From: Histomonas meleagridis 2922-C6/04-290x
Taxonomy: Eukaryota > Protista > Parabasalia
DNA length: 64,000 nt
Assembly: GCA_020184695.1 (NCBI GenBank)
Contig: JAANOX010000101.1
Location: 62,001-126,000, forward strand
Reading direction: 5' to 3'
Below the pieces are notes generated by a model. It had not been told where the DNA came from. It made no database searches and saw only the letters and a list, made by a program, of their open reading frames with translations. Of this stretch, positions 1 through 11,916 are shown piece by piece (positions within the stretch are counted from its first letter, which is position 1; each line of letters begins with the position of its first letter). The translations under genes were made by a program, and so were the position numbers.

Positions 1-1
1 A

Positions 2-226
2 AATAAAATTGATTTACAATGTCAAATTGATCTAACTCAAGCTGAAGCTTGGGCTAAATCTCACGAAGTTCCATTTTTCACTACGACTGCAACTTCATTT
101 GATTCAGTTGCGACTGTTTTTACAAAGATCGCGAGTGATTTAATGGAACAATTCGAAAAGAAAACAATTGTTGAACCAACTCAAAAACCGATCGGTGATC
201 CTGAGCCTAGAAGTAGATGCTGTTGA
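2..226 (+). CDS. Rab-family small GTPase, 3' part (gene starts before window)
   Basis: Frame 2 reads NKIDLQ...FFTTTA...VFTKIA...RSRCC*: G4 NKxD motif, G5-like motif and C-terminal CC prenylation signal. Confidence 0.85.
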   Translation, partial: NKIDLQCQIDLTQAEAWAKSHEVPFFTTTATSFDSVATVFTKIASDLMEQFEKKTIVEPTQKPIGDPEPRSRCC

Positions 227-329
227 TTCTTGGATTTTCTATTTATAAATCTTGTGGTCTTGAATTCTTTTTATTATCAAGAATTTTTTGCTTCATCATT
301 TTATTCTCACTTAGAAAAATATAAATAAT

Positions 330-700
330 TATAAATTGCCCCAGATAATGTTTAAACATCCAAATCACATTTTGAAAGACAGTTCAAGGATTTCAAAGAT
401 TTACGAAAAAGTAATCCTAAAAGAGAATTTCCTTACGTACATAGAAAATTGTTAGAGGTACCTACGGTGAGGCACTTTTTCAGGTGACGAAGCATATATA
501 AAAGGACTTTCATACTTCAAATCAAACCAGGTCTCATCACTGGTCATAATATTAATAAAACTATCGTAGCTTGCTTCAATATTACTAAAATTTTTTTCTT
601 ACTTCTGCTCGACCGTTAATTTACGGGAATATGCCGATATGACTTGAGGGTGAAGTCCCTGGTTTCGAAATATTTTTAAATATGATTTTGATAAAATATA
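330..700 (-). mobile_element. Decayed mariner-like transposase remnant
   Basis: Minus-strand fragments RHIP.KLTVEQK (cf. WVPHEL...QK) and MTSDETWFDLKY (cf. TGDETW) broken by stops and frameshifts. No TIR pair found. Confidence 0.5.
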
Positions 701-1749
701 TCAAGAATGATTTACTATAATTCTCAGAGAGTAGAATGTCAATTTTCTTTTTCAGAGGCAAGATATTATAATTCGTAAAAAAGTCAATATTTTAAGCTTC
801 ATATTTTAATATATTATAGATATTTTATAAAAATAAGATCATATAAATATACACCATGAATTTGTTTTATATTATATTTATGATAATGATGAACACTAAC
901 TATAGGATGATGGAGAAGAGCTCCAAAATATGTGGAAAATTGAATTTGTCACAAAAAGTCGACTTTTTGAATTCGATGTTATCAATTTTCAATTCTCTCA
1001 ATTTTGAATTAAAGCCTAAATTTGCGGTTTTACCCCTTAACCTTCATTTCATTAACGGTCGCGCAAGATTTACAATATTATATCAAAATTCAAACAGACT
1101 TTCTCAAATACATTTCGGATTTCTTTTTCTTATTTAATGTTTTAGTTATTTCCAATATCTTTCGCCTGTTCTGTGCTTTAAAAAGAGAAGAAGGGGAAGA
1201 TGACATCAAAAAAAGGAGACAATTTATTGGTGACGATTATAATGTATTGAAAATATTGGGTAAAAAGGGCAAATAAACCGTTTTTGCCTTTGAGGTGTGC
1301 ATAGGAAACTATTTTGATAATATCTATAAATTGTCCATCAGCTTTTAAAAGATACTCTAACTATAGATTAAATAGATTGAATAAATTGAAAATATTTTGA
1401 AAAAAAGGAACATTGTATCGGTACGTCATTCGGTATTTTTGTTTGTTCAACAGAGCAATTTTATATCTTCATAACTACACATTCTCATTGGGTGTTACTA
1501 GGCTCAGCATATTCTCCTCCGAAATATATGGAAAATATTATAATTTTTATGTTGAAATTGAGTGAAATCATGATTTTTTTAAAGATTTAAATTTTATTTT
1601 TTAAAAATAAATTCCTTGATATGCCCTCCTTAAATTATTGTCTTCTACTCATGATTTGTTTTTTGTCAAGAACTAAAAAATCCAAATGGACTATTTTTTT
1701 GACAAGATGATCTGAAAATTTTCATTTTTTTGTGAGTGCCACACCACCT

Positions 1750-4528
1750 ATATTTTAAATAAAACAAATAAATATCTTTAGCATTAATATCAATTCCTTC
1801 TTGTTTAATAAGTAATTTAACTATTTCTCGATGACCATTTTTAGATGCAAACAGAAGTGCTGTATCAAATAAAGTAAATAATTTCCAAATATTATTTTTA
1901 AATATAAAATTATTAAAATAAATTTTAAATAAAACAAATAAATATTTTTAGCATTAATATCAATTCCTTCTGTTCCCAAGAAGTACTCTGGTGAATTCCC
2001 AGTGTGGCCTCTTGTTGATGCAAACATAAGTGCTGTTTCAAATAATTTAAATAATTTTCATGTATTATTTTGAAATTTCAAATGATTAAAATAAATATTA
2101 AATAAAACAAATAAATATTTTTAGCATTAATATCAATTCCTTTTTGATCAAGAAGTAATTTAACTATTTCTGTATGACCATTTGAAGATGCACAAATAAG
2201 TGCTGTGTCAAACAATTTAAATATTTTCCAAATATTATTTTGAAATATAAAATTATTAAAATAAATATTATCTTTAGCATTAATATCATTCCTTCTTGTT
2301 CAAGAAGTAATTTGGCAATTTCAGTGGCTCCTTGGTTGATGCAAACATAAGTGCTGTTTCAAATAATTTAAATAATTTTCATGTATTATTTTGAAATTTC
2401 AAATGATTAAAATAAATATTAAATAAAACAAATAAATATTTTTAGCATTAATATCAATTCCTTTTTGATCAAGAAGTAATTTAACTATTTCTGTATGACC
2501 ATTTGAAGATGCACAAATAAGTGCTGTGTCAAACAATTTAAATATTTTCCAAATATTATTTTGAAATATAAAATTATTAAAATAAATATTATCTTTAGCA
2601 TTAATATCAATTCCTTCTTGTTCAAGAAGTAATTTGGCAATTTCAGTGTGGCCTCTTGTTGATGCAAACATAAGTGCTGTTTCAAATAATTTAAATAATT
2701 TTCATGTATTATTTTGAAATTTCAAATGATTAAAATAAATATTAAATAAAACAAATAAATATTTTTAGCATTAATATCAATTCCTTTTTGATCAAGAAGT
2801 AATTTAACTATTTCTATATTACCATAAATAGATGCACACATAAGCGCTGTACCAAATATTTTAAATATTTCCCAAATATTATTTTAAAATATAAAATAAT
2901 AAAAATAAATCATATTTTTACCATTAATATCAATTCCTTCTTGTTCAAGAAGTAATTTAACAATTTCAATAAAACCTCTTAAAGATGCAGACATAAGTGC
3001 TGTAAAAAATAATTTGAATAATTTTCATATAATATTTTGAAATTTCAATTGATTAAAATAAATTTTAAATAAAACAAATAAATATTTTTATCATTAATAT
3101 TAATTCCTTCTTGTTCAAGAAGTAATTTAACCAATTCTTTATGACCATTTAAAGATGCACAAATAAGTGCTGTATCAAATAATTAAAATATTTTCCAAAT
3201 ATTATTTTGAAATATAAAATGATGAAAATAAACATAGTTTTTTGTATTAATATCAATTCCTTCTTGTTTAATAAGTAATTTAACTATTTCTCGATGACCA
3301 TTTTTAGATGCAAACAGAAGTGCTGTATCAAATAAAGTAAATAATTTCCAAATATTATTTTGAAATATAAAATTATTAAAATAAATTACACTCTTAGAAT
3401 TAATATCAATTCCTTCTTGTTCAAGAAGTAATTTAACAATTTCAGTATAGCCTTCTGATGATGCAAACATAAGTGCTGTCATAAATAATCTAAATAATTT
3501 CCAAATATTATTTTGAAATTTCAAATTATCAAAATAAATAATAAATAAAACAAATACATATTTTTAACATTAATATCAATTCCTCCTTGTTCAAGAAGTA
3601 TTTTAACTATTTCTATATTACCATGTAAAGATGCACACATAAGTGATGTAATAAATAATTAAAATATTTTCCAGATATTATTTTGAAATATCAAATGATT
3701 AAAAAAAATTTTAAATAAAACAAATAAATATTTTTTTCATTAATATCAATTCTTTCTTGTTCAAGAAGTAATTTAACAATTTCTGTATGACCATGTAAAG
3801 ATGCACACATAATCGCTGTATCAAATAATTAAAATATTTCCCAAATATTATTTTGAAATATAAAATTATTAAAATAAATTACACTCTTAGAATTAATATC
3901 AATTCCTTTTTGTTCAAGAAGTAATTTAACAATTTCAGTATAGCCTCTTGATGATGCAAACAGAAGTGCTGTATCAAATAATTAAAATATTTCCCAAATA
4001 TTATTATGAAATTCTATATTATTAAAATAAATTTCAAATAAAAGAAATAAATATTTTTGGCATTGATATCAACGTCTTTTTGTTCAAGAAGTAATTTAAC
4101 AATTTCTATATTACCTTCCGAAGATGCTCTGGTAATTGCTGTAGCAAATAATTAAAATAATTTTCAAATATTATTTTGAAATATAAAATAATAAAAATAG
4201 ATTATATTTTTAGCATTAATGTCAATTCCTTCTTGTTCAAGAAGTAATTTAACGATTTCTATATTACTATTTAAAGTTGCACACATAAGTGCTGTATCAA
4301 ATAATTTAAATAATTTCCAAATATAATTTTGAAATTAAAAATTATTAAAAGAAATTTTAAATAAAACAAATAAATATTTTTTTCATTAATATCAATTCCT
4401 TCTTGTTCAAGAAGTAATTTAACAATTTCTATATTACCATTTGAAGATGCACACATAATCGCTGTTTCGAATAATTTAAATAATTTCCGAACATAAAATA
4501 TTTATTTTAAATCTATGGAATCAACACT
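1750..4528 (-). repeat. Tandem ankyrin array, units of 153 (=102+3x17) or 170 (=102+4x17) nt
   Basis: Measured spacing of the GCATTAATATCAATTCC anchor: 170,153,170,153,170,170,153,153,170,153,170,153,168,153,173,170. Confidence 0.95.
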
Positions 4529-5727
4529 ATTTTTAATATTGATATCACTGCTTACTTTTTGTTCTAAAATATATTTGACAAGTTCTATGTTTCCTGACTT
4601 TGCTGAGTAAACTATAATATATTTTGGAAGTTGCAAGAATTCATGAAAATGTTTGATAAGAAATATATTTCCATTAATTGCTGCTTCGATTATAATACCA
4701 CCATTTATTTTCATACCTTCTTGAAGCAAAAAAGAAAAAATTTCATAATTGTCAGATGAAATACATTTTCTTCCTAATTGATCTAATTTAATATTTTCTT
4801 CAAATTTATTTTCATAAATATATTTAAAGATATTATTCCTATGGAATTGTATTGCCGTTTCATATGCACCTTCAAACGATGAATGATTTGTTTTACATAA
4901 ATGAATGATTTCTTCATTTCCACCTGCAACTGCATATTTACCTGTATTGATCACATTAGCATAAGTAAATATTTAAAACATTTAACTGATCCAAAAAATG
5001 CTGCATAATCAATTAATGTAACATTTTCTTGATTAATAAATGAGCATTTTTCATAAAGTGATGGTTCAATTTTTTGATTAAAATCAAATTTTGTTTGTGA
5101 TGATATTTCTTGAAGCTTTTCTATATCATCATTTCGAATTATCTTTGCTGTTTCATCTGGGTTAACTCCTTCTCTAATTAATTTTTTGTGAAGTTCCCAA
5201 TCATTCTTAGAAAGTTCTTCAATATTCCCCAAGATACTGGTAATTTCATTCATAAAACCTTGTTTTTCTATGTCTTCTTTTTTCATATATTGTACAAAAT
5301 ATGAATGAATAATATTTTGAAATTTTTTTGGATTAAACAAATTATGCTCGATCAAATCATTGATTATAAAGTTTGCTTCTTGTTGTTTAGATGTAGAAAT
5401 ATAATTAATAAAAATTTTAATGATTTGTGGTGAACTTTCATTTATTTCTTCTTCTTTTGATTGAATTAATAGTAAATATTCTAAATAGATATCAAATTTA
5501 TTCCTTTGAGAAAAAAATGTTGTATAAACAATATGACAAATGATAAAGTTTAACAAACATGGTTGAAATGAATTAAATAATTGAGTTGTTTGTTGAACTG
5601 ACGAATGAAGATTTTCTTCTTTTAAATTAAAAACAATTTGCTGGAGAACACTTAACAATTTTATGTTATCATCTGATGGATTTTTGGTGGAGATTGATTC
5701 GTTGTTGATACTAATACTTTCATTCAT
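1750..5727 (-). pseudogene. Ankyrin locus 1: DUF3447-type head (5727..4529, frameshift at ~4955) plus 17 ankyrin repeats whose hairpin codons are interrupted by 17-nt inserts; 3' end truncated at ~1750
   Basis: Head ORFs 4951..5727 and 4502..4954 join by a short deletion (KYLLM/ANVINTGKYAVAGG vs homolog FLMLNGSNMKNTGKYAVAGG). Repeats TALxxASxxGxxEIVKLLLEQEGIDINAK recur at 153- or 170-nt spacing. Confidence 0.8.
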
Positions 5728-6222
5728 ATCTGGTTGGATGAACAGGATGTTCGGATTTTAAACGGTCAAAAATCTGTACGTTAAGGGAATTATTTTTCGT
5801 CTGCAGCTTTATCCTTGATAGATAAAAACTTATCCTATTTAGCAAAGCTCCTGTTTTCTCTATTCTATCTTTGTATTTTATAATTATGCTTTGTTAATGA
5901 TTTTTTTTTTGAATTCCGACAAAACTCATTCACAATAAAATTTTTGCTTAGCGAATAATATATTTTTACAAATATACTTTATACTATTCAAAGAAATATC
6001 TTTTCAAGAAATTTTTATTTTAATTTTAAAACATTATCATTGTGAAAAATAAGACCCAAAATAAAATTCTGTCTATTAATAGACATTCAAATTTTATTAT
6101 TCGAAAAATCATTACACAAGCTTATAAAACATAAATCTTTTTGCAAAAAGATTTTTTCCATCATTTTACTTTGCAAAAACTGACGATGTGGATAACCTAG
6201 TAGCAAAAACGTATCATTGTCA

Positions 6223-6840
6223 TTAGTTATTTTGCATGTAAATGCATTGTGCGAGAGTTTGAATTGTTGGTTCGAACGATTGAAAACATTTTGGACATAT
6301 ACAATTCAAGCAATTTCCATGATATTCCCTTGCTTTTGAAATTTGGTTACATAATGGACACTTAATATCTTCATTAAGTATTTCATTTTCTTTATGTTGG
6401 GCGATTAATTCAGACAATACAACAGTATTTCTAATTAAATAATTTGAATTTAGTATTTTATAAAAGAATTCGCATTGTAATTCTGTTGGTCCACTTTTTT
6501 TTTTCAATAAATTGTCTGATTCCAACAGCACCAAAGTTTATTAAAAGTTGTATTAATTTTTCTTTATAATCGTTTGCATTGGAATTTTTCTCTAATATTG
6601 AAATGTATTTATCTTGAGAAATTATCTGAAACAGGGAGAGAAGATCACATACACCGTTATTTTTGGTACCAAAGGCACCACAAAATACATCAAAGTTTTG
6701 ACTAATTTTTTGGTGATTAAAGAAAGAGTTGAAATCATCGCTTGATTTGCTTTGCTTTTTGTATCATCATTTGATGTGGATTGAAAAGCCTCTTTCATGG
6801 AATTAGATACATCAATTAGAACACCAGCGCAATTCTTCAT
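6223..6840 (-). pseudogene. Fragmented vWA-like plus Cys-rich (RING-like) protein
   Basis: GVLIDVSNSM is a MIDAS-like DxSxS motif; CPLC...HGNCLNCICPKC lies downstream in another frame. Confidence 0.4.
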
Positions 6841-7306
6841 TACAAAAAAATGAAGTGACTCATAATAACAGCAAAATTTGGTTGAAATTTTGACATTATG
6901 TCAGAATAACCATATTGAATATTCAATATCAACCTGATTAGGGTTGGCTTATAAGTTATTAACCACAAACTTTAGAACTGGCTTAATTTTTATGAAATAA
7001 GATCCATAGAATCACGTAGAAGTAAGTTATTTTAGTATGTTTTAGAACATAAAAGATTTTTAATACATTTTTATTTATTAATGTTGAAATTTACGCGAAG
7101 AACTTCAACGACTTGAGATTGACGTCTAGAAATTGCATAAGAAAGTGCTGTATGAAATAGTTAATGTAAATTCCAAAAAAAGAATTTGTAATTATTTTAG
7201 TTAAACACCACTTTAAAATCAACAAAAAAGTATTTTTCAATTTTACGTTGATTCCTTTATGTTCAAGAAGTAGTTTAACTAATTCAAGATTACCATTTGA
7301 AGATGC

Positions 7307-8737
7307 GGCTCTGATGCATAACGCCGTCCATTTTGCGGTTTTTGAACGATAGGAAATTTGATAAAAAATAGAAATGCCACATTAGGGCACCCCATCCACC
7401 ATCCTGACGGCCGGCTTCGATCGTTATCCATTGAAAAACGAAGTTTTTCAATGGATAACGATCGAAACCGCTCGCACCTTCGGTGCTCGCATTTGATTCA
7501 TATTAATATATATATTTTGACAGACAAAATATTTGACATAACGATAATATAAAATTTATTATAACGGTTATCGATAAAAATTTATTCATATTTTTTGTTT
7601 GTAAAGTAGTTAAAAAGTCGATCATTTTTTTATGATGCAATTGCAATTCGAAACCATTAAGAAAGTGTTAAAATTAAATGACAAAAGCTTCATCAAATGG
7701 GCCTCTGAGCAGGGAATCATTCCTGATATCCACCAAATTCAAATATGTCCGAAATGTCAATCGTTAATGAAAGTTTATTTTTCACCAAGTTACCCTGATG
7801 GTGCTGCATATAGATGCTGCTCAAGTAAATGCAGAAATTCATAAGCAATCAGATTATATTCATGAGTATCACAATCAAAACTTTCATTAAGGGGATTTGT
7901 TCACATTTTAGCATGTTGGGTAGAAGGTTTTGATATAAGAACTACATCTAAAATCACAGGTGTATGTGAACGATCAGTAATAACATGGTCTCAAACTTTT
8001 CAATCTATTGCAGAAAAAGAATATCGAAAAGATATAGCTCAAGATTTACTTGGTGATGGAATAGTCGAAATTGATGAAAGTCATTTTTTCGGTGCTAAAT
8101 ACAACAAAGGAAGTGCATTGGAAAAAGAAAATATTTGGGTTTTTGGCGAAATAGACAGTAAAACAATGAGAGTTGTCGCTGAGATTTGCGAAAATAGATC
8201 GAAAGAAGTTCTCATTCCAATTATCTGTTCAACAGTTAGACCTAATTCAGAAATTTGGTCTGATGAATGGTAGGCATTTAATACTCTTAGTGATTTAGGT
8301 TATGTACACAAAACAGTAAATCACTTAGAAAATTTTGTATATTCAATTACTAAGGCAAATACTCAAAAAATAGAAGGTACATAAAATCTAATAAAAGAAT
8401 TCCTCATAAAAAATGGATTTAGAGATAGAAATTATCTCGAATCATATATCCATTCATGGTGCTATCGAAGAAATATAGGAAATACATTTGAAAAATGCTG
8501 GAAAGCAATAATTGGTGAAATTTCTTAATGAACTAATCATAATTTATAATATTTTTATCAAAAAAATGATTTTGAAGTGTATCAGACGCCCCCAATAAGA
8601 TATTTTGCCATTATTCACTTTTTGAAATGACTTTGATCTCCGTATCAAAAGTCGAATATTTTTATTGCCATTTTTTTTCCTTTCAAATTTCCTATCGTTC
8701 AAAAACCGCAAAATGGAGGGCGTTTTGCATCCTAACC
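7307..8737 (+). mobile_element. Merlin / IS1595-like (ISXO2) DNA transposon, 1431 bp, decayed
   Basis: ~54-bp imperfect TIRs starting GG (ggctctgatgcataacgccgtccattttgcgg... / ggttaggatgcaaaacgccctccattttgcgg...) and a perfect 8-bp TSD GAAGATGC at 7299..7306 and 8738..8745. Confidence 0.92.
7632..8528 (+). pseudogene. Merlin (ISXO2-like DDE) transposase with four in-frame stops
   Basis: Zn-ribbon CPKC...YRCCSSKC, VEIDESHF, WVFG, IWSDEW, H.TVNH..NFV, NTQKIEG motifs all in one frame of 299 codons. Confidence 0.9.
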
Positions 8738-11700
8738 GAAGATGCAATTATAAGTGCTGTATTAAATAGACAAAACAGATTCCAATTATTTTTTTGAAAC
8801 ATCAAACTGTTAAAATGATCTTTGAACAAAAGATTTAAATATTTTTTTCATTGATATTAATTCCTTCTTGTTGAAGAAGTAATTTAACTAATTCGATATT
8901 ACCAACCTGTGTTGCAATCATTAGTGCTGTATCAAATGATATAAAAAAATTCCATATATTCATTATAAACATGAAATTTTCAAAATAAGCAGAAAGCAGA
9001 TGAAATAAAAATTTTTCTTATTGGTGTCAATTTCTTTTTGTTCAAGAAGAAATTTAATCATTTCAATAGGTCGATTTTTTATTGCAAGCATTAAAATAGT
9101 TTCAAATACTTAAATGAAATTCCATATTTTAAGCAAAAATTTTAAATTATTTAAGTAAATTTTAAATTATTTGTACAAATATATTGCAAATTAAGATTTA
9201 TTCTTTCATCCCTAACAAGTAATTTAAAAACGTCGTTATGTGTTGAATAATATGTTCTCAAAAGTGCTGTCCAAAATAATTTAAATAATTTCCAAATATT
9301 ATTTTCAAATATTAAATTATTAAAATAAATTTTAAGCAAAATAAATAAATGTCTTTAGCATTAATATCAATTCCTTCTTGTTCAAGAAGTAATTTAACTA
9401 TTTCTGTACGACCTTTCCAAGATGCTAAAATAAGTGCTGTTTCAAATAATTCAAAAAATTTCCAAATATTATTTTGAAATATTAAATGATTAAAATAAAA
9501 TTTAAATAAAAGAAATAAAAATTTTTGGCATTAACATCAATTCCTTCTTCAAGAAGTAATTTAACGATTTCTGTATAACCTTTTTGAGATGCAATCATAA
9601 GCGCTGTTTTAAATAACCGAAATAATTTCCAAATATATAATATCAAATTATTAAAAGAAATAATAAATAAAACAAATAAATATCTTTGGCATTAATATCA
9701 ATTCCTTTGTGTTCAAGAAGTAATTTAACGATTTCTATATAACCATATTCAGATGCTAAAATAAGTGCTGTTTTAAATAATTTAAATAATTTCCAAATAT
9801 TATTTTGAAATCCAAAATTATTAAAATAAATATCAAATAAAACAAAAAGATATCACGATGATTAACATCAAAACCTGCTTGTTTAGAAAGCTATTGTATT
9901 GTTTCAAAATAACCATTTTTTACAGCTTTTAAAAGTTGTTCATTAAACAAATTAAAGAAAATTTAAATAGAAATAGAAAACATAAAACAATTAAAACAAA
10001 TTCGATAGAAATTAAACAAATATTTATAGAAATTATATTAAAATTGTCTTGTTCAAGAATCATTTTAATTAACTCATAATTTCTTGAAGCATTTGGACAT
10101 TTGGAAATAATTGGGAAATATTTTTTATTTGTTATATAACGTTTAATAAAGAATATATTGCCATTTTTTATTGCTTCTTCTAAAATTTCTTTGCTTATTT
10201 TCATACCAGCTGATTTTAAAAACATAAACATTTTGAAATTAGAATGTTTCAAGCAATACATTCCGTATTTTGTTAAATCTTTATTTGGTATTTTTTCTTT
10301 TCATAAAAATATTGAAAAATTTCATTCCGGTGAAATTCAATTGCTGTTTTATATACTTCTTCAATTGATAAAATGTTTTTTTCACATAAATATGTAATTT
10401 CTAAATTTCCACCTGCAATTGCATACTTTAATGTGCTTTTGATTGTAGAACCATTCATAAGTAAAAATCGAAAACATTTAATTGCTCCAAAAAATGCTGC
10501 AAAATCAATTATTGAGACATTCTTTTCATTAACAAATGAATATCTTTCATAAAGTGATGGTTCAATTTTTTGATTAAAATCAAAATCACTTTGTGATGAT
10601 ATTTCTTGAAGTTTTTCAATTTCATCATTTCGAATTATTTTCGCAAGTTCATTTGGATTAACTCCTTCTTTAATTAATTTCTTATGAAGTTCCCAATTAT
10701 TCTTTGATAGTTCTTCAAGATCTAAAAGAAACTGTTCTTGAAATTTATAGTTATAATTATGAATTTCTTCATCTGTATAATAATTGGCGTACCATAATGA
10801 TCTCTTATTCTGAACAAAATCAGGTTGAATTATTTCATGTTCGATCATTTTAGTAAGTAAATGATTTGATTCTTGTGATTCTGATATTAATAAATAATTC
10901 TTAAATACATTAATTATTGAGTTACCTTGAATGTCTTTTTCTAATGTTTCGATAGATTTCAAAAAATTTAAATATAAAATTGCTTCATTTCTTTGAGTTA
11001 AAAAAGCTGTATATATTAAACTACTAATTAAAAGATTAAAAGCATATGGAAAATTATTATCAAAAAACTTCATCACAGATTTAGAAGATGTTTCAATATT
11101 ATCCTCTTTTAACTCAAATATAATTTTTTCTAATGATTGTAATGGAGCTGAATTGGCAATTGAAGGATTTTGGGTTCTTCTTGTTAAATTTTCTTGTGGT
11201 GTTGATGTTCTTCGAGGATTCAATGGGGGTTTTCCTTGCAACTTCATATCTGCTAAGTGCTTCAAAAGTGAATTTTAACGTCTTTTTGGAGGGTATATTT
11301 TTACAGAAGATAAAATGAAAGGAAAATTTGTTTATTAAACAAGGTTTTAATCACAATTTCGATTACCTATGTAGCATCTTAGAAATTGGTTACAAAATGG
11401 GATTCTTTAATGAACTCAAATACTTAAGTAGAACATGTCTAGAACATAAAAAACTTTATTTTTTTTTTTTGATTAAATGATGAAAAAGAACACATATTAT
11501 GTTAAGAGGTGAATGATTTTCTTTTCTTACATGAAGCACAAAAAAAAAAAAAATTAATGTAAAAATTTAGGTAATATTTCTTTTTAGTTCATTGTCATTT
11601 GCTGATATCTTATCTATTTAAAAGCAATATCAACACTGTTATTCCTTTATTAAATCCTTGAGATTTGAAGGGGGAAAGAAGAATAAAGCATTAAATATAA

Positions 11701-11916
11701 TTTATTATCCATAAAAATAAATAAAGACCTAAAAAAAGTTCTACAAACTCAAATTGAGATATATATATTGATTTTACTTTTATAAGTTCAATGTACAAAT
11801 AACGCTTCGTCTTTTGTCCTGAATTTTAAAGCGCCAGTAACAAAATTTTTAATTAATAGTAAATGAAAATTGTGTTATAAATTAAAGCCGTTTACTAAAT
11901 GCTTTACAAATAACAA

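Larger units (their letters stand above)
7071..11265 (-). pseudogene. Ankyrin locus 2: DUF3447-type head plus 9 insert-bearing hairpins and a terminal capping repeat (TALSYAISRRQSQVVEVLRVNFNINK*), disrupted by a Merlin insertion
   Basis: Head 10273..11265 joins 9929..10261 via a 1-nt homopolymer shift at ~10291-10296. In-frame TAG at 9891..9893. Repeats continue across the transposon to a stop at 7071..7073. Confidence 0.8.

Noticed and set aside
856-1276. ORFs 856..1137 and 1022..1276, and other short ORFs such as 41638..41832 and 57869..58072
   Set aside because: No recognisable motifs, and lengths expected by chance in AT-rich DNA.
1750-4528. Canonical GT-AG or U12 AT-AC introns between ankyrin repeats (TACAG|CA looked like an acceptor)
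   Set aside because: No conserved GT donor or branch motif. ACAG is replaced by ACAT, ACAC, ACTG and TCGG in other repeats while T-x-L is kept, and splicing there would not rebuild the hairpin.
1750-4528. CRISPR-like repeat-spacer array
   Set aside because: The host is eukaryotic, both parts are related between units, the units encode ankyrin repeats, and no cas genes are present.
4940-4970. Head frameshift of locus 1 as another 17-nt insert
   Set aside because: Comparison with locus 3 shows residues missing (NG), so it is a deletion, not an insertion.
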